From Macrostomum lignano (Eukaryota): a stretch of DNA of 64,000 nt. Positions 12,798-25,758 of the stretch are shown here, piece after piece. The notes beneath the pieces were generated by a model that made no database searches, was not told where the DNA came from, and saw nothing but the letters and a program-made list of their open reading frames with translations. The DNA is taken from contig NIVC01000048.1 in NCBI GenBank assembly GCA_002269645.1, positions 275,427-339,426 on the forward strand, in the 5' to 3' direction. Both the position numbers and the translations under genes were made by a program. Numbering within the stretch: the stretch's first letter is position 1; each line of letters opens with the position of its first letter.

Positions 12798-12934
12798 TCT
12801 CAAGCAAAGTACATTTGCCATGGCTATTAGAGTAAAGTGCGTATGCAGTCACTCATTTGATGACAAGTGAAGCCTTCGCCAGAATGATGGCTTTAAACTA
12901 AAGAATTTATTTATTTTTTGAATTTCACCTTTTC

Positions 12935-13332
12935 CAGTACCAGTACCTTGCAATCACATTCTCCGAAGCAGCATTTGGTTGATGAGCATTCCACAGAGTT
13001 GGGTCAATGATGGTGTTGCAGCCGACCCAGTACCAGCCGCCCAGAGGCTCCGCACTGCCTGCTGACTGGAAGCCTCCGAGCCAGATCGACTGTCCAGAGC
13101 TGTAGGTAGACTAGATGGAGTCCACGTGGCTCATCTCTTGCTCGCTGGTCACGTCGGCCATGATGACCAGACCGCTCTCTGACTCGCACTTCTGCCTGCT
13201 CGGCCACCACGTCCCGATGCCAGAGTACAGCCTGTACTTCACTCCGCACAGGTCCATGCCGTAGCCAGACGAACACAGCGCGCCCGCCTCGAGTCCCAGC
13301 CGCTGCTTGACGAACACCCGGCCTCTCCTGGA
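12935..13332 (-). pseudogene. C-type lectin pseudogene, copy 4 (QPN motif)
   Basis: Lacks signal peptide and PAN. TAC>TAG nonsense at 13111-13113. Reads WNAHQPNAASENVIARY. Confidence 0.85.
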
Positions 13333-14295
13333 AGGAGATTCTGTCTTAAAATTGCCTAAGAAGGCTGCGATTTTTTTTACTTAACAGACATCTTCAAGCA
13401 AAATGTGTTGCTTTGATTTCACATCTGACAACAAGCGTCAATTTGATATCGGCTTTTTACTTAGGATTACTGGATTGCACACACTCACAAACAACTGAAA
13501 GTCTTCACATTCTTGCAAATCTCTGGAAAGTTTGAAATGCGACAGAAGTCGCTCAAACATGAGCTGCAGCTGTTGGTAGATGATAAATCGACTTATAGTC
13601 GCTGGTATTACAGTAAAACTCATGACAACTACATAGATACTTCACTTTAGATTGATGTGACAAGAAACAGAGTAAAGCGCGTATGCATCTCTAATGCATG
13701 CATATTGAGCTGTTGTTGTTAAACGGGGGTGGAGAGCTAAGCTCGCCTCGGATCAGCCCAAGGTAAGGCTCTACCGCGGGATATGGTCAGGCGATTCCGC
13801 CAATGGCATAAAGCCAGCGTCGCCACGATTGGGGCTAGGAATCTGGCCCTAGCATCAAAGCTGCAAGACCCAAGCCTATGGGGACACCGAGGACCCAACA
13901 ATGGAACACGGGTACAAGGACTGCCCCCCAGACCATGCCCACTAACGACATAACAGGAGTGTGCGCACGCAAAAAACGATTGGAGCGAAACATTTTGGAA
14001 AGCAGGTCCGAGAGCGCCCAAGGCCCCGAGTCAATGGAAAAGGCTTTCAGATTGGAGCAAGTCTGGGCAGCCTACTTCACCAAGGGCGAGTCTCCTATCA
14101 GGTCGGCCCCATGCCTCATAGCCTCCTGTAGGGCTGCAAGCCACAAGGCTTATGTCACCACCCAGCTCTAAATTAGCCCAAGCCAAGGGATCGGAGAGGA
14201 GCACCACAGAGCAAGAGGAAACCAGACTCAGCCGGTTTTCCCCGATTCGGTACGAACACGATCCCCCAGGACTCCAATCCACAGTCAGTGATGAT

Positions 14296-14730
<435 letters not shown>

Positions 14731-14887
14731 GAAGAGAGAAGTCTCTCTATCCGGCCCTCGGGTCCTTCGAAACTTCACAATAGCAATCCGGCTTAGCAGA
14801 CTCAAGATTTGTGTCTCTTTTCAGCACTTTCTTTTCTCTTTTCTCGTCTCATCCCTCTTTTCTCCCCCATCTCTTCTCTTCTCTGGC

Positions 14888-17425
14888 TGTAGAAAAAATA
14901 CTAAACTAAAGACTAGAGAGTTACTTGGAGTTAAATTGAATCTAAGATAAGCCAGTAAGTGGGCGCAGGGCCCAAACAAGTATATTTATACCAGACATTA
15001 ACTTAGGGGGTTTGAATTGCAGATAATAAAGAGAGGGGTGGAGTGCGCGACTAAAAAGAGAGGCGAGAATGGAGAACCAATCAGAACGCAGCAAGGGAGA
15101 GAGAGATAAGAATAACAAGATTGAGCTAGACAGAGAGAGAGAAAACGGAGTAAACAGAGACAAGTGAAGGTGAACTAAGAAATGACTAGGAAAGTCGCGA
15201 CACTCCCCCCAAAAAATGGAACATTTTTTGAATTTTCGAGTACCAATAGAATTATGAATTAGAGTTCAAGAAACAACTTTAAAGCAAATTTAACAATGGT
15301 GTACGAGCTACAAATACGACTAAGAATTTCAATACAAAAAACTGTAGAGACTAGAGTGAATGCAAAATTGACCAAGAAATTTCACGTGTGCGATTTTAAT
15401 GAATAAATTGTTACAACCAAATGAAAACTGACTACATTTACCCTCCCCCCTAAAAAATTAATTTAATTTTTTACATTGTGACTACATGGTGAAAGAAAAA
15501 ATTGAACGACGAATTAACGAGGCGATCTGGCAGGCGATGAGCGAAGAGACGATCCGGCAGGCGATGAGCGAAGAGACGATCCGGCAGGCGAGCCCCGAGG
15601 CGCCCCGGCCGAGAATTTGAAACCGAGAGAGACCGAGGACACCGCAGGACGCACCCCTGGCAGACGATGAGCGAAGAGAGTCGAGACGATCCGGCAGGCG
15701 AGCCCAGAGGCGCCCCGGCCGAGAATTTGAAACCGAGAGAGACCGAGGACACCGCAGGACGCACCCCCGGCAGACGATGAGTGAAGAGAGTCGAGACGAT
15801 CCGGCAGGCGAGCCCAGAGGCGCCCCGGCCGAGAATTTGAAACCGAGAGAGACCGAGGACACCGCAGGACGCACCCCCGGCAGACGATGAGTGAAGAGAG
15901 TCGAGACGATCCGGCAGGCGAGCCCAGAGGCGCCCCGGCCGAGAATTTGAACCGAGAGAGACCGAGGACACCGCAGGACGCACCCCCGGCAGACGATGAG
16001 CGACGACTACATGTAGATGAAGGAGCACCGGCAGACAGTCGAGACGAGATGAGATGGGATGAGACTGCTCCGGCCGACAGTTGACGAGATGGGAGTGCGC
16101 AGTCGACGAACGATGAGACGAGGAGACTGGTGGAGGGCTACGAAGATGGCATGGCCTTTGCCAGCCTAACTGAATTGACCTATATTGACTAAATTATTTT
16201 ACATTGGGCGCCATGTAGAAAAATAGACTAAATAACTAGAAGTTGAACTGGATGTTGAATACTGTTGAAAATTGAATACTAAGATAAGCATTTCGTATTC
16301 ATTTCGTAGTCGCAGTAAATTGCTTTGTTTAATTTACTTAAAAATAGTATTTGAACTATAATTCATAATTTCTGTTGGTACTCGAATCGAAAGTTCAAAA
16401 AATGTTTCATTTCGCGACTTTCCTCGGGGCTCGCCTGCCGGATCGTCTCTTCGCTCATCGCCTGCCGGGGGTGCGTCCTGCGGTGTCCTCGGTCTCTCTC
16501 GGTTTCAAATTCTCGGCCGGGGCGCCTCTGGGCTCGCCTGCCGGATCGTCTCGACTCTCTTCACTCATCGTCTGCCGGGGGTGCGTCCTGCGGTGTCCTC
16601 GGTCTCTCTCGGTTTCAAATTCTCGGCCGGGGCGCCTCTGGGCTCGCCTGCCGGATCGTCTCGACTCTCTTCACTCATCGTCTGCCGGGGGTGCGTCCTG
16701 CGGTGTCCTCGGTCTCTCTCGGTTCAAATTCTCGGCCGGGGCGCCTCGGGGCTCGCCTGCCGGTTCGTCTCTTCGCTCATCGCCTGCCAGATCGCCTCGT
16801 TAATTCGTCGTTCATTTTTTTCTTTCACCATGTAGTCACAATGTAAAAAATTAAATTAATTTTTTAGGGGGGAGGGTAGATGTAGTCAGTTTTCATTTGG
16901 TTGTAACAATTTATTCATTAAAATCGCACACGTGAAATTTCTTGGTCAAATTTGCATTCACTCTAGTCTCTACAGTTTTTTGTATTGAAATTCTTAGTCG
17001 TATTTGTGCACCATTGTTAAATTTGCTTTTAAAGTTGTTTCTTGAACTCTAATTCATAATTCTATTGGTACTCGAAAATTCAAAAAATGTTCCATTTTTT
17101 GGGGGGAGTGTCGCGACTTTCCTAGTCATTTCTTAGTTCACCTTCACTTGTCTCTGTTTACTCTGTTTTCTCTCTCTCTCTCTCTGTCTAGCTCAATCTT
17201 GTTATTCTTATCTCTCTCCCCCTTGTTGCGTTCTGATTGGCTCTCCGTTCTCTCCTCTTTCCTCAGTCGCGCACTCCACCCCCTCTCTTTATTATTCTGG
17301 GCTCAACCCCCCAAAGTTAAATTTTCTATAAATATATCGGTTTGGGCCCTGCGCCCACTTACTGCTCATTCTGCTCCTTCAATTTAACTCCAATTAAATA
17401 GTCTGTAGTTTTCTCTTAGTGTCTC
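14888..17425. mobile_element. Foldback (long inverted-repeat) insertion with internal ~120-bp tandem units, flanked by 80-bp direct repeats
   Basis: About 14925-16005 is the reverse complement of about 16420-17395. 14808-14887 is identical to 17426-17505. Confidence 0.75.
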
Positions 17426-17599
17426 TTTGTGTCTCTTTTCAGCACTTTCTTTTCTCTTTTCTCGTCTCATCCCTCTTTTCTCCCCCATCTCTTCTCTTCT
17501 CTGGCATTTCCTATATTCCCTCTCATCTCTCATCCCTCCCCTCTACCCTCTCCTTTCTCCATTTTCTCCCCTCCTCTCTTTTTCTCTCCCCTCTCCTCT

Positions 17600-17677
<78 letters not shown>
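17600..17677. repeat. (CT)n microsatellite in a pyrimidine-rich tract
   Basis: Direct reading. Confidence 0.95.
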
Positions 17678-17681
<4 letters not shown>

Positions 17682-18375
17682 CTCTCCCCTTTTCTATTGC
17701 CTCTCCTCTCGCCCTCTCCTCTCCTCTTATCTGCCATATTTTCTGTCATCCCATCTCTCACCTCTTCTCCCTTCCCTCATCTCTCATCTTCTATCTGATA
17801 TTCCTATTTTTCCACTCTCATAATGGCCCGCAGCCGTTAGCTGGATTCTTTATCCAGCTCTTGAAGTTAGGAGTTTTCCAACCCCTGTCGTAAGGGATTT
17901 TTGGGTCTCTAAGTCCTCATGTTTCGCAGGCCAGTTCATGGTTCGCTACTCTAAACTGAGACAGGGGGCGCTTGGAGTTCTGCATTAAAAATACTATGAC
18001 TCTTCTGTTGAGTAGGAGCGGTTCGATACTAAATTTGAGCGCTCTGACTGATTTTATTTTAGCTGCACTGCTTATCTCACGATAATCTGCTTCACAGGAA
18101 AAAGTAGTATATAAAGCGCATCCGAGAGAACGTTTTTCAACGAATATCAAACATTTTTTCTAAAAGTCACTTCTCATAATGAGATTGAATACGAGGTTAC
18201 AATAAAATAGAGGTTTGTAATAGACCCAATAAAATATTCTATAATTTCTGCTTTTACAAAATGAAATACACACAGGTAAGGCAAAGTTACAGAGTGATAA
18301 GACAGTGCCATGCTGTCCAATAAAGTACGTGAGGCTTTCGTCATGTCGAAGTTTCAGCGACTTTAAAGTCTAGCG

Positions 18376-18771
18376 CAGGGGTCGGCAAACTTCGGTCCGC
18401 GTGCCACATGCGGCCCGCAAAGCCTCTCTATCCGGTCCTCGGGTGCTTTGAAACTCCACAACAGCAATCCGGCCAGATCAAGGTTATATTGTCTCTTCTC
18501 AGCTCTCTTTCTCTTCTATCTTCTCGCACCTCTCTTTTCTCACCACCTCTCCTCTCATCTCCTCTCCCTTCCCTTCTCTATCCTTTCCTTCTCTTCTCTA
18601 CTCTCATCTCTCCTCTCCTATTTGATCTCTACTCTCCTCTCGTCTCCTCTCTTCTCCTTTATTCTTTCGACTTTGCTTTCCACTATTTTTCTCCTCTCTC
18701 CCCTACTCTGTCCCGCAGCCATGCGCTAGGTTCTCTAGGTTCTCTTGAGGTAAAAAATTTGCCGACCTCTG
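18376..18771. mobile_element. hAT (Charlie-like) MITE
   Basis: TIRs caggggtcggcaaac / aaatttgccgacctctg. 8-bp TSD gtctagcg / gtctagat fits the NTCTAGAN preference. Confidence 0.8.
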
Positions 18772-19054
18772 GTCTAGATCAAGAAACTCCACACTTATTT
18801 TCGAATCCAAAGGCTCTGAAGAAAACGCATAGAATAAAGATGCTTAGCAGACTATTTGTCACATTCGTGTTCGAGAACAAACGAAAAATTTACCTGCAGA
18901 CAATAAAAAACTGGAGATGCCGGTTAAAAACGAATAAAACATTGAAGTCTTTTGGCAAAGTCCACTGCATGTTTCTTTCTCAAGTAAACCTCATTGCTGT
19001 TGTTAAAAGCTTATAACATCCAGAAGCCTCTTCGGACTGACTCAGGAGATGATG

Positions 19055-19807
19055 TCAGTCAAACGGAGACACGCATTCGCACAGCACTCGATCCGTGGCA
19101 TACGTTTCAAAAAGGTCTGAGAGTCCATTCGCATAGCTATACCTTGCGATAACGTTCTCATTACCGATTAGGTCTGGCTGTCCAGTGGCCCAGAAGTTTC
19201 CAACGCTGATATTGCAGCCGACCCAGTACCAGCCGCCCAGAGGCTCCGCAATGCCTGCTGGCTGGAGGCCTCCGAGCCAGATCGATTGTCCAGAGCTGTA
19301 GGTTGAGTAGATCGAGTCCACGTGCCTTATCTCCTCAGCGCTGGTCACGTCGGCCATGATGACCAGACCGCTCTCCGACTCGCACTTCTGCCTGCTCGGC
19401 CACCACGTCCCGATGCCAGAGTACAGCCTGTACTTCACTCCGCACAGGTCCATGCCGTAGCCAGACGGACACAGCGCGCCCGCCTCGAGTCCCGGCCGCT
19501 GCTTGACGAACACCCGGCCTCTCCTGGAGCAGCCGCAGCTCCTCACCGACTTGCTGCACTTGTCGAACACGAACAGCTGGCACGGACCGTCAGCCAGGCT
19601 GAACGCCTGACAGCGCAGCTTCCGGGAGCACAGAGCGGCGCAGGCCAGCTTTCTGACCACGGCTGGGTGGGACTCGACGAACTCGGCATTGATGCAGAGG
19701 CTGCCGTCAATGAGGCTGTACTGCTGCTCGTTGGCATTGGTGAGTTCGAGTTCGTGACTCATCACAACCATGAGAACGATAGTGAAGACAATTTTCAGCT
19801 GGCTCAT
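19055..19807 (-). CDS. Secreted PAN/apple-like + C-type lectin protein, copy 2 (QPD motif), intronless, 250 aa
   Basis: Signal peptide MSQLKIVFTIVLMVVMS. Same architecture as copy 1, with WATGQPDL and VLCEC. Confidence 0.85.
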   Translation of the reverse strand: MSQLKIVFTIVLMVVMSHELELTNANEQQYSLIDGSLCINAEFVESHPAVVRKLACAALCSRKLRCQAFSLADGPCQLFVFDKCSKSVRSCGCSRRGRVFVKQRPGLEAGALCPSGYGMDLCGVKYRLYSGIGTWWPSRQKCESESGLVIMADVTSAEEIRHVDSIYSTYSSGQSIWLGGLQPAGIAEPLGGWYWVGCNISVGNFWATGQPDLIGNENVIARYSYANGLSDLFETYATDRVLCECVSPFD

Positions 19808-20849
19808 TGTTTCTTTAACTGCCTTGAAGCAGCAATTGAGTTTTAGATTACAGGCTCTGCTTTGGTAAAGAATGCGTGAGGTTATAATAGCAACAGATTT
19901 TTATATCTTCGCAAGGACCTAAAAGCCCTCTTTAAATACGTTGAGTTACAGCTATAAAAGCTTTTTCTTTCTAGGGAGATTCTGTCTTAAAATGGCCTAA
20001 GAAGGCTGCGATTTGTTTACTTGACAGACACCTTTAAGCAAAATGCGTTGGTTTGATTTCACATCTGACAGCTAGCGTCAATTTGATATCGGATTTTTAC
20101 TGAGGATTACTGGATTGCACACACAACTGAGTCTGTAAATTCATGCAGATCTCGCCTAAGTGCCTAAGTTTGAATTGCGACGATAGAAGTCGCTCAAACA
20201 TGAGCTGCATTTACTTTTTGTAGGCGAAAAACCGATGCAATTTGACTCATATAGCAGTTCTTATTCTGTTTCCTGTCAATCCTGTATAAAGTAACTGAAG
20301 TAATGTTAGTTGCCATGGGCTTCAAAGTAAAGCGTGCATGCAACTAATGAATACACTAGTCTAACTGGTTTGATACCAAGATCCAGCCATAATGATAGCC
20401 TACATCCAAAATTTTGATTTCCTGTTTATTTTCATTCACTTTTTTGTAGGACTAACTTCTATGAATACCAGATGTAGAACCTTTATAGGGCTAGTGCAGC
20501 AGCTGCATGCGTTCTGTGCATTTCTGAGACTGTACGTGTCATTCATCCGGTGGGCAGAGCAGAGCAGAGCAGCCCTTGCAGGGTTACACGCGTTACAGTT
20601 TTTTCTCGACTTCATGTTTTCCTAAAATTTAAAGGAATTAAGAATACCATTTTAACAATTTAAGTTTTTCAAATTCGAAAGAGCAAATAACCGTATATAT
20701 TGTTGACTATCCAGCTTTATTACAGCTAAATTGGGAAATTCGACTCAAAATTTGTTCTTTACTATGTTGCAGAGATGAAACAAAGAATGGAAAGTAGAGA
20801 AGCAAAGAAGTAAAAAAATTAAGTTTTGCATTTTTGAACGCTTCGAAGG

Positions 20850-21317
20850 AATATCAATTCAGTCCTGAAGCCAATTGCATTGCATTGGTAATAACAAGTG
20901 CTGCACTGTCTCGCTTGCAAATTATTCGTGCAGGTCAGACAGACTGGCATCTTCCATTACCTTGCAATCACATTATCCGAAGCAGCATCCGGCTGATGAG
21001 CATTCCACAGAGTTGGGTCAATGCTGATGTTGCAGCCGACCCAGTACCAGCTGCCCAGAGACTCCGCACTGCCTGCTGGCTGGAGGCCTCTGAGCCAGAT
21101 CGACTGTCCAGAGCTGTAGTTCGAGTAGATGGAGTCCACGTGGCTCATCTCCTGCTCGCTGGTCACGTCGGCCATGATGACCAGACCGCTCTCTGACTCG
21201 CACTTCTGCCTGCTCGGCCACCACGTCCCGATGCCAGAGTACAGCCTGTACTTCACTCCGCACAGGTCCATGCCGTAGCCAGACGGACACATTTGACTAA
21301 CACCTGGCCTCTTCTGG
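20850..21317 (-). pseudogene. C-type lectin pseudogene, copy 5 (QPD motif)
   Basis: 5'-truncated. Reads WNAHQPDAASDNVIAR then TAA. The downstream LSDLHE*FASE remnant is out of frame. Confidence 0.85.
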
Positions 21318-21952
21318 TGCATTGCTTTTAAAGACTGAATGGCAGCTGTATATCTTACAAATCTGCAAAAAGTTCCTTGTGATAAGCGATAAATTTTTAT
21401 TCAATCAACTTTCAAACCACGCGTTTGTCAAGGGAGTTACTGCAAGAGCAACGTGTGGTCAATCCCCATCGTCACAGCGATCAGGTTCCCTGCACTTTTC
21501 CCTACGACGCACGAGACCTTCAATTCATAGTTGCACCGCAACTAAGGAAAAATGGACCTGAGAGACCAGGATTCAGTGTGGAAGGCAATTGCCACCTGCA
21601 TCAATGTTTCGGTGTTTCAGATATTGTCGTGTCTCTAAATAAACAAAATTACTGACCGAACACAACTTTCTGAATTGCAATTGTTATAAAAAGTAGAATG
21701 TTTTATATTTTGTTGCCAGTTTATTGTTTACCTGTGGTGGGCTGTCATTTTAGGGCGCAGTCAGGGTTCGCGGATATTGTTAACAAAAGCTTTGTGTTAA
21801 ATACGGTTAGGTTCCGTGCTTAACAATACTTCAGTGTGCATCGTACTTTGTTGTACATGTAGGTAACTTTTATGAGTTCGAATTTGAGTTCATAACCACA
21901 CAAGAAAAATCCGATGCTGTTTGAATTCCACTGTCACCTTCAGTCTGAGGGT

Positions 21953-22205
21953 TCAATCAAGCTTTGAAGCTGGAGTGGCTTTCTGGACTCCAGCAGCTGA
22001 CGCGCTATCACTGGCAGATGCAGCTTGATGGAGCGGATCTTTGCCAGTTGATTCGGTCCCAGGTACCTCGCTGCTGCTCTGCTTCTTTCCATGCGGAGAC
22101 TGCTGCTCTGCGGCTCTCGGGCCATCCAACGAGTCACCCTGACCGCGGCCTCCCGTGTGTACAGGCTCCGGCTTGCACCTGGCAAAGGGGCCATTGGGGT
22201 GCTCT
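21953..22205 (-). CDS. LIM-like Cys-rich gene, exon 4 (last)
   Basis: Branch-like cactaac plus AG at 22207-22206, phase 2 matching the exon 3 donor. Stop TGA at 21955-21953. Confidence 0.5.
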
Positions 22206-22448
22206 CTTACGTTAGTGAGTGGACGACAAGAATGAAAAAAATACAATGTGAGCATGCAGTTTCGCTCTCCCGCCGCGACCTCTGGTTTGATTCCGCATTT
22301 ATTTGAGGCTTCTGCTCGATAATTCACAGCCATGAGGACCAACCCCCAAAGGCACAGAAAGTGTACATGACTGACGATGAGACGGCGAGGAAGCAAGCCT
22401 TGAACCAGTGAACCAGCACAGAACACAAACTCGAACAAAATAACATAC

Positions 22449-22772
22449 TTGAACTCAACGTGATGCTCTTTCCGTTTCCGCTGACAGACGGGCCTGTTGC
22501 ACCACAGCACCGGGGTCGGGCAGGTGCAAAACACGTAGTGCTTCCCTGGCAGCCTTGATCCCACATTGAGCGGCCAGTAGCAGACGCTGCAGCGGAAGCA
22601 GCTGCTGTCACAGACAGCGCTACTCGCTGGAACAACGCGCGGCTTGGTGCCGCTGGCCTGCACCCGACAGCTTGGGCGGTTCATTCGATTTGCGGCATCC
22701 CGCTGAAGCGGCAGGATGCGCCGCTTTGGTCGAGGGTGGCCGCGGCAGCGCAGCACTCGGCGCCGGTCAGGA
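22449..22772 (-). CDS. LIM-like Cys-rich gene, exon 3
   Basis: Acceptor gtcgcag|, donor AA|GTATGT. Contains CDSSCFRCSVCYWPL...VFCTC...CNRPVC. Confidence 0.55.
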
Positions 22773-22911
22773 CTGCGACGGATTTGGCACAGAACATTTA
22801 GAAGTACTTCGGACAGGGAACTAATATACCATATTATGCATTGCAAAATTCAAATGTTCACTAGGACACTATGTTCATTCAATGTTCATTAAATGTTCAC
22901 TAGGACACAAA

Positions 22912-23235
22912 GGTTGTAGCCTAGTGGTTAGAGAGACTATACTCACGACTTGAAGGTGGAGGGTTCGATTCCCGATCCCACTGAAACAATTTGTGTCCTT
23001 GAGCAAGACACTCAACTCTGCTTTGCTTCAGTTTACCCAGCTATAATTGGTGCCAGCATTAGCTGGGGTAATTGAGGGTGTGTGTGGCGACCCCCCAGTC
23101 TTTGGACTGAACAGCCGTACGCAGCCTTCAGATGCGCCGCGCAATACATGTACATGTAGCTGCCGGCTGAGCTTTCGGCTGCACATTTGGCTAATTGGGG
23201 CAGGAGTAATCAATTATTAACTACTAATTAGTAGT
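22912..23235 (+). mobile_element. tRNA-derived SINE, copy B (in intron)
   Basis: A box tagcctagtggtt, B box ggttcgattccc, core gtgtccttgagcaagacac. Homologous to copy A. Confidence 0.8.
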
Positions 23236-23448
23236 GTTATGTCACCTCAAACCTGTTGAATTTACTCGTCATTTTAAGTACGTCCTCATTTTTTAAACCT
23301 AGTGTCAACTTAGGGCCGTGTCACCTAAAACTAGGTTCGAACTTTGATTGTGATTTCTATTACGTTCTGTCGCCTAAATGTAGCTAATTTTAAAATGCGT
23401 CCATTGCCTGAAATCTGATTTCAAATCGTGTCCCGTCACCCGTTACCC

Positions 23449-23663
23449 TACGAAAGGGTGTCCAGAAAGCGTTTGACCCTGGGGCTCATACTGTAAAGCT
23501 AATTTAATGCTGCATCATTGGCACCCACAATGCGATACATGTTCAGCCATAAATTTTGACCTGAGTGTCAAATGAAAGCTGAATTGTGTACCACTTTAAG
23601 GTGGAACCATAGGATGTAGCACTAGTTTTCCGAAGTGTCAATACTTTCTGGACACCTATCGTG
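23449..23663. mobile_element. Small MITE-like element (Tc1/mariner-like TIR)
   Basis: Terminal inverted repeats ggtgtccagaaag / ctttctggacacc. Confidence 0.45.
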
Positions 23664-23695
23664 AATTTTGACACGTTAAATAACCTGCCACTCAC

Positions 23696-24097
23696 GTTAT
23701 CCGTCTGTCAACATTTATCGCGATATTGTGACCATCAGTCGTGGCCCGGCGACCGTCGCCTTCGGCACTCGTATTTCTTTGCGTAAGCCATCGAGCCCTC
23801 CGCTTGCCCAAATTCTCGACCACCTTGGGTCGCCAGGCTTTGCCGCGCGGCTCTCCGTAGTGCTGGATGCACAGGTAGCACAGAACGTAGCCGCCGATGC
23901 ACACCAGTCGTTTGTTAGCGGCTTGGCCCGTCAGGCCGCACCGGGAGCAGCTGGAGCAGCCGCCGCACACCACTGTGCCGTCACAGATCTCGGTGTGCCA
24001 GTCCTCGCCGAGGTGGATTGGTTCGCCGCACCAGCAGGACAGCAGGCGGCGCGGGACAGCATCGGGGTTGTCGGTGAAATAGTTCACCGAGTTGTAG
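23696..24097 (-). CDS. LIM-like Cys-rich gene, exon 2
   Basis: Acceptor ttccgcag|, donor AC|GTGAGT, both phase 2. Contains CWC...CGGCSSCSRC-x17-CYLC. Confidence 0.6.
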
Positions 24098-24738
24098 CTG
24101 CGGAATTGGTTTGGGAGCTGTCGTGTTTGACAAGGTTTCTTTGTTCCGTCTCAAAAAGTTGGTTTTATTTTCATATCAATTAATGTGGACACCCTGGGAA
24201 GCGCGGTAGCCCAGTGGTCCAGCGTGGCGCTTTGATGGCGCCAGCGGCCCAGGCTCGATTCCAATTGCCAGTCACATTGATTTGAGGCTGAATTGAAATC
24301 TCGGCTTGACTCTGCTCGTGCAATTTATGGCCTTGAGGGCCAACCCCCAAGTGGCACAGTGAAGTGTACATGCCTAACCATAAATACTAAGTAAAGTAGG
24401 GGCCTGTGTGAGTGTGTGCCTGTGCGTATGACTGCCCAGGGGAGCCAGCGAAATGTCTCGAGTAAGTCCTCTCGCGGTTGTGTGTGACAATGTCGATTAA
24501 AATGCGCCGTAATTAAACCCCCTTCCGGAAAAAAGTACAACTTTGATACAGAAAATGGAATGAAAACCCAGTTTTTAGTCTTGGAAAAAGATTAATTGTC
24601 AGCAATACCATGATGCACATTTTCTCGCAATATGAACTGTATGTATGTCTTTTGGATAGGCTATTTACGGCTTACTAATCCACCTAATGCGAAGCTAAAC
24701 TAACTTAAAATTCTTTACAAGTCAAATTGCAGACTCAC

Positions 24739-24944
24739 CAGATCTGACTTGATGCGCCATCAGGCTGCTCCAGCTGAGGCGCAGGGGCTGGACAGTAAGT
24801 TGCCACATTTCGCTGCTGCAACGCACTCTGCGGCAGATGATGCTGCTGGTGCTTTGTTGAGCTGCCACTCTCTAGTGGGTACAGCGGCAAAGGCGGCTGC
24901 TCGTCTAGAATCTTCACCATTGGTCGATTCGAGCCCTTGACCAT
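24739..24944 (-). CDS. LIM-like Cys-rich gene, exon 1 (or an internal exon starting at 24977)
   Basis: ATG at 24944. Donor TG|GTGAGT is phase-matched to exon 2. The four exons sum to 1185 nt (394 aa plus stop). Confidence 0.5.
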
Positions 24945-25195
24945 GGCGATGCGATGGACTGTGCAGCAGGCAGCGGTCTCAACGAAAGAAGTTGATTTAT
25001 GCTCAACTAGCTACGTATGTACGTTTCAGTATCGTTTTGAAATTGATGGCTTTTAGTGTTCTCTACTATAGCTTAGACTAAATATAGTAGACCATAGACA
25101 AAATGAAGACCAAATCCAGACTGGCTTATCCAAAAGTCATTTCGCTTAGTCTGTGTGCTTTGCAGTTCCTTGATAATCTATCTTGTCTCTTTCTC

Positions 25196-25758
25196 CCTTG
25201 AGAATCTGCCTCTCCGTCACTTCAGTCCTTGAGAATCTGCCTCTCCGTTACTTCAGTCCTTGAGAATCTGCCTCTCCGTTACTTCAGTCCTTGAGAATCT
25301 GCCTCTCCGTCACTTCAGTCCTTGAGAATCTGCCTCTCCGTTACTTCAGTCCTTGAGAATCTGCCTCTCCGTCACTTCAGTCCTTGAGAATCTGCCTCTC
25401 CGTCACTTCAGTCCTTGAGAATCTGCCTCTCCGTTACTTCAGTCCTTGAGAATTTGCCTCTCCGTTACTTCAGTCCTTGAGAATCTGCCTCTCCGTTACT
25501 TCAGTCCTTGAGAATCTGCCTCTCCGTCACTTCAGTCCTTGAGAATCTGCCTCTCCGTCACTTCAGTCCTTGAGAATCTGCCTCTCCGTTACTTCAGTCC
25601 TTGAGAATTTGCCTCTCCGTTACTTCAGTCCTTGAGAATCTGCCTCTCCGTTACTTCAGTCCTTGAGAATCTGCCTCTCCGTTACTTCAGTCCTTGAGAA
25701 TCTGCCTCTCCGCTACTTCAGTCCTTGAGAATCTGCCTCTCCGTTATTTCAGTCCTTC
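25196..25758. repeat. 31-bp minisatellite (ccttgagaatctgcctctccgttacttcagt), ~18 units
   Basis: Direct reading. Confidence 0.97.

Noticed and set aside
13720-14290. GC-balanced segment before the (TAG)n tract, considered as a retroelement end or ribozyme
   Set aside because: No recognisable ORF, and no hammerhead core (gtgatga rather than ctgatga, no paired gaaa). Left unclassified
22912-22985. tRNA gene
   Set aside because: A and B boxes are present but there is no complete cloverleaf. It continues into a SINE body shared with 12480-12797
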